Below are positions 7,767-16,378 of a stretch of 35,395 nucleotides of DNA, in pieces. The notes beneath the pieces were generated by a model. It was not told where the DNA came from and ran no database searches. It saw only the letters and a list, made by a program, of their open reading frames with translations. The stretch lies in the IMG/VR virus record IMGVR_UViG_3300009095_000039, positions 1-35,395 of that record; one strand, 5' to 3'. Position 1 is the first letter of the stretch. The number at the start of each line of letters is the position of its first letter. Origin of the DNA: a virus. Its lineage: Duplodnaviria; Caudoviricetes. The position numbers were made by a program, and so were the translations under genes.

Positions 7767-8432
7767 ATGACCACCACCGACCGACTCGACGAAATCAAGG
7801 CCCGAGCAAACGCGGCCACTCCCGGCCCATGGGGATGGTTCGGCAACACCGACGTGAAAGACCTCTACCTGGCCACGAAGCAGTGGGGACGCCACTATGT
7901 GATGGGGTTCCGCCGCTGGGGAATGCAGAGCGCTCAACCGGAGTTCGCGCACAACCGGCACGAAGTCACCGGCGCTGACGGGCTCAGACGTCTGTCCTGT
8001 GACCGCATTCTCCCCGCCGCGGAAATGGTGCGCTACGAAGTCGCCCCCAACGCGACCCGCCGCGCCGACCAGCGGGTGTACCGGGCCGACATCAACGGCA
8101 TCCGCAACCCCGACGCCACGTTCATCGAGCACAGCCGCGCCGACATCGACTGGCTCATCGCCGAAGTCGAGCGGCTGAAGGTCGATCGGGACTGCTGGCA
8201 GGGCATCGCCAACCAGGCCGAGCGGGAGCGGAACGAAGCCAACACCGAGGCCAAGAAGCTGCGCGCCGCGGTCGCCGCAGTGCGCGAGCTCGCAGAGGAC
8301 GTGTGCGGCGACGACGACCGAAACGACACCAGCGCCCACGCCTGCGAGGGACGCGGAGAGCCGGACTGCGCGCTGTGTTGCGCCCAAGCGATCGAGCACG
8401 TCATCACCAATGCCCTGGCGGTGAAGCCGTGA
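7767..8432 (+). CDS. Ead/Ea22-like phage protein
   Basis: RLDEIKARANAATPGPW...DATFIEHSRADIDWLIAEVERL; AGGAGG SD. Confidence 0.7.
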   Translation: MTTTDRLDEIKARANAATPGPWGWFGNTDVKDLYLATKQWGRHYVMGFRRWGMQSAQPEFAHNRHEVTGADGLRRLSCDRILPAAEMVRYEVAPNATRRADQRVYRADINGIRNPDATFIEHSRADIDWLIAEVERLKVDRDCWQGIANQAERERNEANTEAKKLRAAVAAVRELAEDVCGDDDRNDTSAHACEGRGEPDCALCCAQAIEHVITNALAVKP

Positions 8433-8677
8433 GCGCCGAAACCTGCGACGCCTGCCGCGCACCCGTCCTGTTCGCGATCGTCGCCGGGCAGCCCGTCGCG
8501 TTCCACCCGACGAGCGAGCACACCGGCGACCACACCATGCACGTCGACCCGCGCACCAATCGCCGCATCGCCGTCAAGCTGCGCCCCAACCAAGTCCCCG
8601 GCGCCCGCCGAGCTGGGCAACGGCTCTACCAACTCCACCGCCGCAGCTGCATCAAAGCACTCAGCAGCCGGCGCTAA
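8429..8677 (+). CDS. Hypothetical zinc-binding protein
   Basis: CDAC...HRRSC; GTGA overlap. Confidence 0.65.
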   Translation: MSAETCDACRAPVLFAIVAGQPVAFHPTSEHTGDHTMHVDPRTNRRIAVKLRPNQVPGARRAGQRLYQLHRRSCIKALSSRR

Positions 8678-8695
8678 CCGACAGGAGACCAACCG

Positions 8696-9142
8696 ATGGC
8701 ACTGCCCACCCTGCACGGCGTCGGCCGACTCACCGCCGACCCCGAAATGCGATTCAGCCCGTCCGGCACCGCGGTCTGCTCGCTGAACCTGGCGTTCAAC
8801 AGCAAGCGCAAGGACGAATCCGGCCAGTGGGTCGACGACAAGGTGTTCTTTGTCCGCGGCACCCTGTTCCGGCAGGAGGCCGAGAACGCCGCCGAGACCT
8901 ACTCGCGCGGCATGGAAGTCGTGGTGTCAGGCCGCTTGCAGACGGACCAGTGGGAGGACAAAGAAACCGGGCAGAAGCGCTCGGCGACGTCCATGCTGAT
9001 CGACTCGATCGGCCCGTCCACCAAATTCGCGACCGCCGCGGTGCGCAAGGTCGACTGGCAGGGTGTCTCAGAGCAGCCCGCCAGTGGTGACCCATGGGGC
9101 AGCAAGCCCGCCGGCAACTTCAGCGACGAACCGCCTTTCTGA
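8696..9142 (+). CDS. ssb: Single-stranded DNA-binding protein
   Basis: GRLTADPEMRFSPSG, VVVSGRLQT, acidic C-terminal tail FSDEPPF. Confidence 0.95.
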   Translation: MALPTLHGVGRLTADPEMRFSPSGTAVCSLNLAFNSKRKDESGQWVDDKVFFVRGTLFRQEAENAAETYSRGMEVVVSGRLQTDQWEDKETGQKRSATSMLIDSIGPSTKFATAAVRKVDWQGVSEQPASGDPWGSKPAGNFSDEPPF

Positions 9143-9153
9143 CAGGCCACGTC

Positions 9154-9309
9154 ATGAACGACGCCCCCGAACCGCACTGCGGCTACTGCCTCGACACCGG
9201 CTGTCGACGCTGCGAGCCCGGCCCGCTACAGCGCGCCGCAGACCACCTGCGGTGGAGGCTGCGCCGACTGTTCCGCCGCGACACGTTCACCGAGGAACCA
9301 CCGTTCTGA
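9154..9309 (+). CDS. 51-aa Cys-rich protein ending in an SSB-like tail
   Basis: MNDAPEPHCGYCLDTGCRRCEP...DTFTEEPPF; TGATG coupling to the next gene. Confidence 0.6.
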   Translation: MNDAPEPHCGYCLDTGCRRCEPGPLQRAADHLRWRLRRLFRRDTFTEEPPF

Positions 9310-9506
9310 TGCCCGGACAATGCCCCGCCGTGTCGGCGACCGGCCGGCCATGCCACCTGATCGAGCACCCCGGAAACGGACACGTCGACCTGACATCCGG
9401 GTGGCCGCACCCGTGGCTCGCGCCCGCCGAGTTCCGAAACGTCGACCTCGCCACTGCCCTTGACCCGCTGCGCGACGCCCCCGACGCGCTCAAACCCATG
9501 GAGTAG
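9309..9506 (+). CDS. Hypothetical protein
   Basis: C-x9-C...H...H; coupled start. Confidence 0.55.
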   Translation: MPGQCPAVSATGRPCHLIEHPGNGHVDLTSGWPHPWLAPAEFRNVDLATALDPLRDAPDALKPME

Positions 9507-9511
9507 CCGGA

Positions 9512-9847
9512 ATGACGGACCCTCGCGAACTGCTCGACGAGCTCGAACGCGAACTGGCCAGCAACGATGACCGCACGGTCGACGAGTTCCGCGACCGCCA
9601 CCCCAAGCGCGTCGCCGCGATTGACGCACTCCGCGACGTGCTCAAGCTCCACCAGGCCGAAACCGTCCTCGTGTCGGGCCGTCAGCTCTGCTCGTGCTGC
9701 CTCGACGTCTACGGCGACCAGCAGCACTACCCGTGCGACACCGTGGAGACCATCACCCGCGCGCTCGGCGGTGCTGAACCGGCGCCGCACCCCGATTGGC
9801 GGCAGTACATCGCCGGCGGCGAGATCTACGCGGGAGACGAAGGATGA
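9512..9847 (+). CDS. Hypothetical protein
   Basis: GGAG SD; VLKLH...CSCC...YPCDT motif. Confidence 0.7.
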   Translation: MTDPRELLDELERELASNDDRTVDEFRDRHPKRVAAIDALRDVLKLHQAETVLVSGRQLCSCCLDVYGDQQHYPCDTVETITRALGGAEPAPHPDWRQYIAGGEIYAGDEG

Positions 9848-10356
9848 CCGCCGCACGCAAGCGCAACCGGTCGTCAGCCAAGGCCGCAGGCGCCCGCTTC
9901 GAGCGGAAGGTGGCCGACTACCTCGCCGCCCACATCGACGACCGAATCGACCGCCGACCGAAGAACGGCGCGCGCGACCGCGGCGACATTGGCGGTGTTC
10001 GCCTGTCTCCCGCCCTGCAAGGCGGCCGGATCGTCGTCGAGTGCAAGGACAGCGCCCGCGTGGAGCTCGCCGGATGGGCCGCCGAAGCAGAGACCGAGCG
10101 CGGCAACGACGACGCTGTGGCTGCCGTCATCGTCCACAAGCGACACGGCGTCGCCGACCCCGGACGGCAGTGGGTCACCTGCACTGTCGATGACCTGATC
10201 GCCCTACTCACCGGCCAGCGCCCGCAAGACGCCGAAGCCGAAGCGTGGGTACGGCACATGGCCAACCTGCCCGAAACCGAAGTGCGCGCGCTGCTGGCCA
10301 ACGCCGGATGGCTGCCAACAGACAAGCCGATCGACACCCCGGAGGTGACCGCATGA
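9844..10356 (+). CDS. PD-(D/E)xK Holliday junction resolvase
   Basis: KAAGARFERKVADYL...DRGDI...VVECK. Confidence 0.82.
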   Translation: MTAARKRNRSSAKAAGARFERKVADYLAAHIDDRIDRRPKNGARDRGDIGGVRLSPALQGGRIVVECKDSARVELAGWAAEAETERGNDDAVAAVIVHKRHGVADPGRQWVTCTVDDLIALLTGQRPQDAEAEAWVRHMANLPETEVRALLANAGWLPTDKPIDTPEVTA

Positions 10357-10634
10357 GCAACGCTAACAAACGCGTGGCCATCGTCGTGTTCCTGACGGTC
10401 GAGGACAGCGACGACCTCGGCACAAGCCAATGGATCGCTGAGGACGCCGTTCGGCAAGCCCTCGCCGCCGCAGGCACCCGCAACGGCCGAAGCCTCACCC
10501 TCCGCGCCCGGCACACCGACGGCAGCGAATCAACGACCACCGTGAACGGACACATGGAGCTCGGCCGAGCCATGCGCGGCGGCTACGTGTGGGCCCACCC
10601 CACCGCCGACGCGTACCCGCGGGAGACGCCGTGA
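10353..10634 (+). CDS. Hypothetical protein
   Basis: GGAGG SD, ATGA overlap. Confidence 0.65.
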   Translation: MSNANKRVAIVVFLTVEDSDDLGTSQWIAEDAVRQALAAAGTRNGRSLTLRARHTDGSESTTTVNGHMELGRAMRGGYVWAHPTADAYPRETP

Positions 10635-10900
10635 CCATCCCGCCGCAGCTCGACAAACGCCGACTCGCCGCCAGTGTCAGCCGCCACAACACCCCGGCCG
10701 AGCGCCACCGCGCCGTGCGCCACGTCGCCAGCAACGCACACGACACCAACGACTGCGCCCAACTGCTCGCCATGCTCGGACTGTCCGCGACCGATGTCCG
10801 CTGTCCGGCAAACGTGTCCGCCCGTCCGGACACCGCGGACAGTTCCCCGGACATGTCCGCCCCACTGTCCGCAATGTCCGGACCGGAGGTGACCGCGTGA
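10631..10900 (+). CDS. Hypothetical protein whose 3' half is built from DNA repeats
   Basis: GTGA overlaps at both ends; DCAQLLAMLGL followed by repeat-encoded sequence. Confidence 0.6.
   Translation: MTIPPQLDKRRLAASVSRHNTPAERHRAVRHVASNAHDTNDCAQLLAMLGLSATDVRCPANVSARPDTADSSPDMSAPLSAMSGPEVTA
10777..10885. repeat. Cluster of ten TGTCCG/CGGACA hexamers
   Basis: TGTCCG at 10782, 10795, 10802, 10815, 10854, 10866 and 10875; CGGACA at 10827, 10836 and 10848; palindrome CGGACATGTCCG at 10848-10859. Confidence 0.85.
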
Positions 10901-11550
10901 ACCGCGACAACTACGCCGCGCCCTGCACCGTCGGCCGCTGCACCCGCCCCGCCGACTTCGCGCAATACTGCTGCTCGCAATGCGTCAACACCATGCTGCG
11001 GCACCTCCGCGAAATCGAGGACTACGCCACCACGCTTGACGTCACACCCGGCCGCGGTGGCAACACCGGCCGCCGCTCGCCCGGCTACGGCTCCCGGCCA
11101 CCCGCCCGGCTCGACGTCATCGCCGCACTCGACCCGCGGACCGTGCCCCACGCCATCGGCCCCGACGACACCGACGGCGACGTACGATCCATCCTCGGAA
11201 CCCTCACCGCACTCGCCCAATGGGTCGCCGAAGAATGCGACGACCCCCGACCACTCGCCGCACCCACCATCGCCACCGAAACCCGCTACCTGCGCAACCG
11301 CATCCTGTGGGCCACCGGGCAGCAGTGGGTCGACGAGCTCGCGGAAGACCTGCGCCAGCTTCACCGCCAAGTCGTCACGCTCGCCGGCGACTCTGCCCGG
11401 CCGCTGGCACCCTGCCCGAGCTGTGCTGGACCGTTATGGCCAGCCGGTAACGGTCAAGTGCTCGGCGTGCGATGTGGTCAATGCGGGACCGAATTCACCA
11501 GTCTCGATCTGCTGCGCATCGGCGCAGCCATGACACAAGGGGTGGCATGA
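10897..11550 (+). CDS. Zinc-ribbon-containing phage protein
   Basis: N-terminal C-x4-C...CxxC and C-terminal CPSC...CGQC. Confidence 0.75.
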   Translation: MNRDNYAAPCTVGRCTRPADFAQYCCSQCVNTMLRHLREIEDYATTLDVTPGRGGNTGRRSPGYGSRPPARLDVIAALDPRTVPHAIGPDDTDGDVRSILGTLTALAQWVAEECDDPRPLAAPTIATETRYLRNRILWATGQQWVDELAEDLRQLHRQVVTLAGDSARPLAPCPSCAGPLWPAGNGQVLGVRCGQCGTEFTSLDLLRIGAAMTQGVA

Positions 11551-11849
11551 GCACTTCGATGGTTGGGACCTGTCGTGTCGGGAATGACCCCGCGGACCGG
11601 CCGTGCGAGCTCGTCGTCGTCGACGAGGCTCCGCTGAAGTCGTGGTACGTGTACACGTGCGCAACCTCGGAGGAAGCTTTCGAGCAGCTGGGCGAACAAG
11701 TGGCCCTTGAAGTGCACGCCGAGGGCAAGGAATTCGTGGGCAGCGCGATGTTCAAGCGTACGCACAACATCGCGGTCGAAGAGCGATCCAAGTACTACCC
11801 GGTCGGTGTGGAGCTGCGCGGCACCGGACCTCTGAAGGAGGCCGAGTGA
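11547..11849 (+). CDS. Hypothetical protein
   Basis: ATGA overlap; open to TGA11849. Confidence 0.6.
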   Translation: MSTSMVGTCRVGNDPADRPCELVVVDEAPLKSWYVYTCATSEEAFEQLGEQVALEVHAEGKEFVGSAMFKRTHNIAVEERSKYYPVGVELRGTGPLKEAE

Positions 11850-12013
11850 CGACCAGCTGCGTGCACTGCAACGGCACCTTCGAGCCCTCGGACCCGGACC
11901 AGGCCGCGCGTCACACGGAACCGTCGACCGACCGAAACTGCTGCAAGAAGTGCTGGAGAAAGCCCAAGTGCGCGTGGTGCGACTATCAGTACTGCACGTG
12001 TCGGACTCACTGA
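11846..12013 (+). CDS. 55-aa Cys-rich miniprotein (not in ORF track)
   Basis: AAGGAGG SD; VTTSCVHCNG...CCKKCW...CAWCDYQYCTCRTH, nine Cys. Confidence 0.6.
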   Translation: MTTSCVHCNGTFEPSDPDQAARHTEPSTDRNCCKKCWRKPKCAWCDYQYCTCRTH

Positions 12014-12109
12014 GCGCTGGCCGCCACGGAATCTAACCCCATCCGTAAACACACGGAACCGCCGTATCGCGCTTGGGGTTCCCGGCGGCCGTGCTCAACG
12101 ATTCGAAGC

Positions 12110-12331
12110 ATGAACAGGCCGAATCTCGAACACATCCAGCAGGCCACGCACGACGCCCAGGACCACGAATCGTGGTTCTGGGCGCGCATGGCCGAGCTCG
12201 GCGTCGCCGAAGGCACCGCGTGGGAGACACTTCGCGAAGTCCTCGCCGAGATCCAGTCAGGTTCCGACCACCTCGCCCCATGGAAGGTCACAGCGGACCG
12301 CCTGGCCAACGGCGCCGAGGCGGGCCCGTAA
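12110..12331 (+). CDS. Hypothetical protein
   Basis: 73-aa ORF with GC3-rich codons in the operon direction. Confidence 0.55.
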   Translation: MNRPNLEHIQQATHDAQDHESWFWARMAELGVAEGTAWETLREVLAEIQSGSDHLAPWKVTADRLANGAEAGP

Positions 12332-12371
12332 CGGCTACCATCAGGAGACCCACCTCCCGAGAGGAAGTGCC

Positions 12372-12602
12372 GTGCCGCGAACGCCGATCGTCCGCTACAC
12401 CGACACCGGCGCACTGGTCGACCGCGCGACCCTGGCGCGACTGCTTGGCCGCAGCGTGCGAACGATCCGCGAACACTGTCGCCCGGCAGAGCACAAGGGC
12501 ATACGCCCGCTGTACGACGCCCGCGAATGCGCCGTGATCCTGGCCGCAGTGCCACAGCGTCGGCGGGGTGTACGCCCGACACCGGTCGGCCGATCATGCT
12601 AA
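12372..12602 (+). CDS. Small HTH DNA-binding protein
   Basis: LVDRATLARLLGRSVRTIREHC...LYD; GAGG SD. Confidence 0.7.
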   Translation: MPRTPIVRYTDTGALVDRATLARLLGRSVRTIREHCRPAEHKGIRPLYDARECAVILAAVPQRRRGVRPTPVGRSC

Positions 12603-12655
12603 TGTCACGTTTGTGCGGGTAAAAGTGTGCCCGCAGTCGGCTAGGTCGTGACACG

Positions 12656-12691
12656 GACAACCCCCGGTTTCCCAAAGATCCGGGGGTTGTC
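12656..12691. terminator. Hairpin at the early/late boundary
   Basis: GACAACCCCCGG...CCGGGGGTTGTC 12-bp stem. Confidence 0.6.
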
Positions 12692-12790
12692 TGCTATTCG
12701 CAGGGCACACCGGAACACCAAGACACCAAACAACAACCGGCAGTACTGCCCTCGACGAATCGGCAGTCGACCACGAAAGCGAGGGTCGAC

Positions 12791-13066
12791 GTGGCCAAGT
12801 GGCAAGGGCGCAAAGGTCGGCCCTGGCGTCGCATCGTCGCCCAGCTCAAGGCCACCGACCGCACCTGTTGGCTATGCCATCACCCCATCGACATCGATCT
12901 ACCAGTCACACACCCACTGTCGTACACAGTCGACCACGTGGTGCCACGGTCCAGAGGTGGAGCACCAACCCTCGACAACGCCAGGCCAGCGCACCGCAGG
13001 TGCAACAGTCGCCGCGGCAACCGTGCACCACGCGCCGAGCCAATGCGCACATCGCGTGCGTGGTGA
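12791..13066 (+). CDS. HNH endonuclease (packaging-associated)
   Basis: CWLC...TVDHVVPRSRGG...DNARPAHRRCNSRRG; immediately upstream of the terminases. Confidence 0.92.
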   Translation: MAKWQGRKGRPWRRIVAQLKATDRTCWLCHHPIDIDLPVTHPLSYTVDHVVPRSRGGAPTLDNARPAHRRCNSRRGNRAPRAEPMRTSRAW

Positions 13067-13230
13067 CGACACGTCGCAACTCTGACGCTGAGCGACGATG
13101 CGTGTGGCCCCGGTGGGTGGCGGGCGGTGGGGGTGGCCCCAGCACGGATGACCAGGGGTTGGGTTGACCCCTCAGCCCCCATCTCCCATTTCTCCCCCCG
13201 ACGGATATCCGCAGGTGATCAAGGTGGTGG
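13067..13230. other. Probable cos/packaging region
   Basis: Non-coding gap between HNH and terS with a G-run followed by a C-run; position inferred from HK97-like genome layout, exact cos not determined. Confidence 0.45.
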
Positions 13231-13233
13231 GTG

Positions 13234-13476
13234 ATGGCGGGCGAGCTGGTCGAAATCGTGCAGGAAGGCGACCGCAGAAAGTCACTGGAAGCGATCCGCG
13301 ACCACGTGGCGCGCGAGCTCGGGTATGCGGAGGGCCGCGATGTGGCCGCACTCGCAAAGCAGCTGGCTGACGTGATCCGCGAGCTGGATGGGCTGCCGGA
13401 TGCGAACAGGGGGTCGGCTGTCGATGACCTCGCCAACAAGCGTGCTGCACGGCGCGCGAAGGCCGCGGGTAGCTAG
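13234..13476 (+). CDS. Terminase small subunit (putative)
   Basis: LEAIRDHVARELG...DVAALAKQL...SAVDDLANKRAARR; overlaps the terL start. Confidence 0.7.
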   Translation: MAGELVEIVQEGDRRKSLEAIRDHVARELGYAEGRDVAALAKQLADVIRELDGLPDANRGSAVDDLANKRAARRAKAAGS

Positions 13477-14899
13477 CCACCCGCTGTACGCGTCGTCGGC
13501 AGGGCAGGAAGCGGTAGAGCTCGCGGCATCGGCCGGGCTGATGTTGGACCCGTGGCAGCAGGACATCCTGATCGCTTCGCTGGGCGAACGTGCCGACGGG
13601 CAATGGTCGGCGTTCGAAGTCGCAGTGATCGTCAGCCGCCAGAACGGCAAAGGCGCGCTGCTGGAAGCGCGCGAGCTGGCCGGGTTGTTGCTGTTCGGCG
13701 AACGGCTGATCATGCACACCGCGCACGAGCTCAAGACGAGCATGGAAGCGTTCCGGCGCGTCGAAGCGCTGTTCTTGAATAGCGATGACCTGCGACGGCG
13801 CGTGAAAAAGGTGTCACACGCCAACGGCGACGAGGGCATCGAGCTGCTGAACGGGGCGCGGCTGCGGTTCGTGGCGCGTTCGAAAGGGTCTGGCCGGGGG
13901 TTCAGCGGGGACCTGGTGGTGCTCGATGAGGCGTACGCGCTGACCGACGAGCAAATCGAAGCGCTCATGCCCACCATGTCGGCCCGGCCGAACCCTCAGA
14001 TTTGGTACACGAGCTCGCCGCCGCTGGATGCGATCAGCTGCCCGCACCTGTTCCGGGTGCGCAAACGCGGTTTGGCCGGCGGTGACGGGCTGGCCTATTT
14101 CGACTTCGGGTGTCCGCCTGACGTGGACCTCGACGACCGGCAGGAGTGGGCCGCGGCCAACCCCGCGTTGGGCATCCGTATCACCGAAGAGTTCATCGCG
14201 CGCGAGCGCGAATCGATGTCCGACGCCGGGTTCGCCCGCGAACGGCTCGGCGTGTGGCCGAGCGAGGACGCCGAATCGGGGCCGCTGAACGTGCGGCGGT
14301 GGCGCGAGCTCGCCGACGCACAGTCGGCAGCTGGTGATGATGTGGCGTTCGCGCTCGACATCTCGCCCGCGCGCGATGTCGCCTCGATCGCGGTCTACGG
14401 CGTCCGCCCCGACGGGCTCGGGCACGTCGAAGTCGTCGACCGCCGATCAGGCACCGAATGGGTAGTGCGCCGGCTCGCCGAGCTCGCCGAGCGGTACGAC
14501 CCGGTAGCGGTCGGGCTCGACGTGAAGGGGCCGGCCGGTTCGCTACTGGTCGATCTGGAGAAAGCGGGATTCACGCGGCCGGACAACGCCGACGCCCCGA
14601 AGCGGGGACAGCTGGCGATCCCGACGGCAAGCGAGGTAGCCGCGGCGTGCGGGCAGTTCGCCGACGCCGTGACGCAAGGAACCATGCGGCATCTCGGCGA
14701 CGCACAGCCGCCGCTGATGGCCGCTGTCGCTGGCGTGAAACCGCGCCCGCTGGGCGATGCGTGGGCGTGGGGCCGCAAGCACTCAGACGTCGATATCAGC
14801 CCGCTGGTTGCCGTGACCCTGGCGCGGTGGGCATACATCGCCCGCGTTGACGCGATCGTCCAACCGCCACCGCCGGAACCGTTTGCGATGTGGGGGTGA
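13424..14899 (+). CDS. terL: Terminase large subunit
   Basis: LDPWQ, Walker A SRQNGKG, Walker B LVVLDEA, ANPALG, FARERLG, nuclease domain ALDIS...DISPLVA. Confidence 0.95.
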   Translation: MTSPTSVLHGARRPRVASHPLYASSAGQEAVELAASAGLMLDPWQQDILIASLGERADGQWSAFEVAVIVSRQNGKGALLEARELAGLLLFGERLIMHTAHELKTSMEAFRRVEALFLNSDDLRRRVKKVSHANGDEGIELLNGARLRFVARSKGSGRGFSGDLVVLDEAYALTDEQIEALMPTMSARPNPQIWYTSSPPLDAISCPHLFRVRKRGLAGGDGLAYFDFGCPPDVDLDDRQEWAAANPALGIRITEEFIARERESMSDAGFARERLGVWPSEDAESGPLNVRRWRELADAQSAAGDDVAFALDISPARDVASIAVYGVRPDGLGHVEVVDRRSGTEWVVRRLAELAERYDPVAVGLDVKGPAGSLLVDLEKAGFTRPDNADAPKRGQLAIPTASEVAAACGQFADAVTQGTMRHLGDAQPPLMAAVAGVKPRPLGDAWAWGRKHSDVDISPLVAVTLARWAYIARVDAIVQPPPPEPFAMWG

Positions 14900-14903
14900 G
14901 CCC

Positions 14904-15056
14904 GTGACCAAATCGGCTGCGGTGTTGCTGTCGCTGTCGGGCACCTGCCTAGTCGCGGGCGCGTGGATGCTGCTGCCCGCGGTGGGCGTGCTGGTACTGG
15001 GCGTGCTGCTGGGCGTGGCTGGCGTGCTGTCGCTCGATCTTGGGGGTGCACGGTGA
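14904..15056 (+). CDS. Small two-TM membrane protein
   Basis: 50 aa, almost entirely hydrophobic; GTGA overlap with the portal gene. Confidence 0.65.
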   Translation: MTKSAAVLLSLSGTCLVAGAWMLLPAVGVLVLGVLLGVAGVLSLDLGGAR

Positions 15057-16378
15057 AGCTGTGGCAACGGCTGCTGGCCCCCCAGGAACCGACCCGTTCC
15101 CTGTCGCTGTCGGATTGGGCCGACTATTTCTCGTTCGGCGGAAACACCTACCCGTTGTTGCAGACCACGATGGGCACGGTCGACGAAGAAAAGATCGCCG
15201 CGACCGCCAACGCCGCATACCGGTCCAACGGCATCGTGTTCGCGCTGGTCATGGCGCGTTTGCAGGTGTTCTCGCAGGCACGGTTTCAGTGGACCCGGTT
15301 TGTTGGCGGTAGCCCGAGTGACCTGTTCGGCTCGGCCGAGCTGGACGTGCTAGAGCGCCCGTGGCCTGGTGGCACGACGGGTGACCTGCTGGCGCGGATG
15401 GAAGTGGACGCCAGCTTGGCAGGGAATGCGTTCATTCGCCGTACCCGCCGTGATCGGCTCAATCGGTTGCGGCCGGATTGGGTGACGATCGTGCTCGGCT
15501 CGAATGAGGACGCCGACCACCCGAGCGAGGCCGGCGACGTCGAAGTCGTCGGCTACATCTACCAGCCGCCGAGTGGCCGCATGGTGGTGTTGGAGCGGCA
15601 CGAAGTCGCCCACTACGCGCCCGTTCCCGACCCTGACAACAACTTCCTAGGCCAGTCGTGGATCACGCCGGCCATGGGGGATGTCGCCGCCGACGACGCG
15701 TCGACGGCACATAAGCGCGCGTTCTTCCAGAACGCCGCCACCCCGAACCTGGCGATCAAGTTTGACCCGTCGGTGACCAAAGAGCAGGTGCGCGAGTTCA
15801 AGCAGATCATCGACGACACGCACACCGGCGCGTGGAATGCCTACAAGACGTTGTATCTGGGCGGTGGCGCCGATCCGATGGTGATTGGCAAGGACTTCCG
15901 CGAGCTCGACTTTGCTGTCACGCAGGGCAAGGGTGAATCGCGGTTGGCCGCCGATGCCGGGGTGCCGCCGTCGTGGGTGGGGTTCTCCGAGGGTTTGCAG
16001 GGTTCGGCCCTGAACGCCGGGAACTTCACGGCGGCTCGGCGTCGGTTCGGTGACGGCACCATGCGGCATCTGTGGGCGAACGCCGCGGCGTCGCTTGAGC
16101 CGATCCTGGCGAAACCGGACTCGGGTGTGTCGCTGTGGTACTCCACCGAAGCAATCCCGTTCCTGCACGAGGACGCCAAAGACGCCTCAGAGATCCAGAA
16201 CCAGCAGGCGCAGACGATCGCGCTGCTGGTCCGAGACGGGTTTACCGCCGAGTCGGCGATCGCCGCGGTGCAGAACAGCGATTGGAGCCTGTTGCAGCAC
16301 ACCGGATTGCTGAGTGTCCAGATGCAAGCGCCCGGCGAACAACCGCCGGCGAGCAACACAGGAGACGGTCATGGCTGA
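15053..16378 (+). CDS. Portal protein (HK97-like)
   Basis: LAGNAF, LRPDWV, FFQNAATP, GVPPSWVG; lies between terL and protease. Confidence 0.92.
   Translation: MKLWQRLLAPQEPTRSLSLSDWADYFSFGGNTYPLLQTTMGTVDEEKIAATANAAYRSNGIVFALVMARLQVFSQARFQWTRFVGGSPSDLFGSAELDVLERPWPGGTTGDLLARMEVDASLAGNAFIRRTRRDRLNRLRPDWVTIVLGSNEDADHPSEAGDVEVVGYIYQPPSGRMVVLERHEVAHYAPVPDPDNNFLGQSWITPAMGDVAADDASTAHKRAFFQNAATPNLAIKFDPSVTKEQVREFKQIIDDTHTGAWNAYKTLYLGGGADPMVIGKDFRELDFAVTQGKGESRLAADAGVPPSWVGFSEGLQGSALNAGNFTAARRRFGDGTMRHLWANAAASLEPILAKPDSGVSLWYSTEAIPFLHEDAKDASEIQNQQAQTIALLVRDGFTAESAIAAVQNSDWSLLQHTGLLSVQMQAPGEQPPASNTGDGHG

Noticed and set aside
12372-12602. Calling this HTH protein the excisionase
   Set aside because: The fold is compatible, but it is far from int and nothing in the sequence distinguishes it from a late regulator
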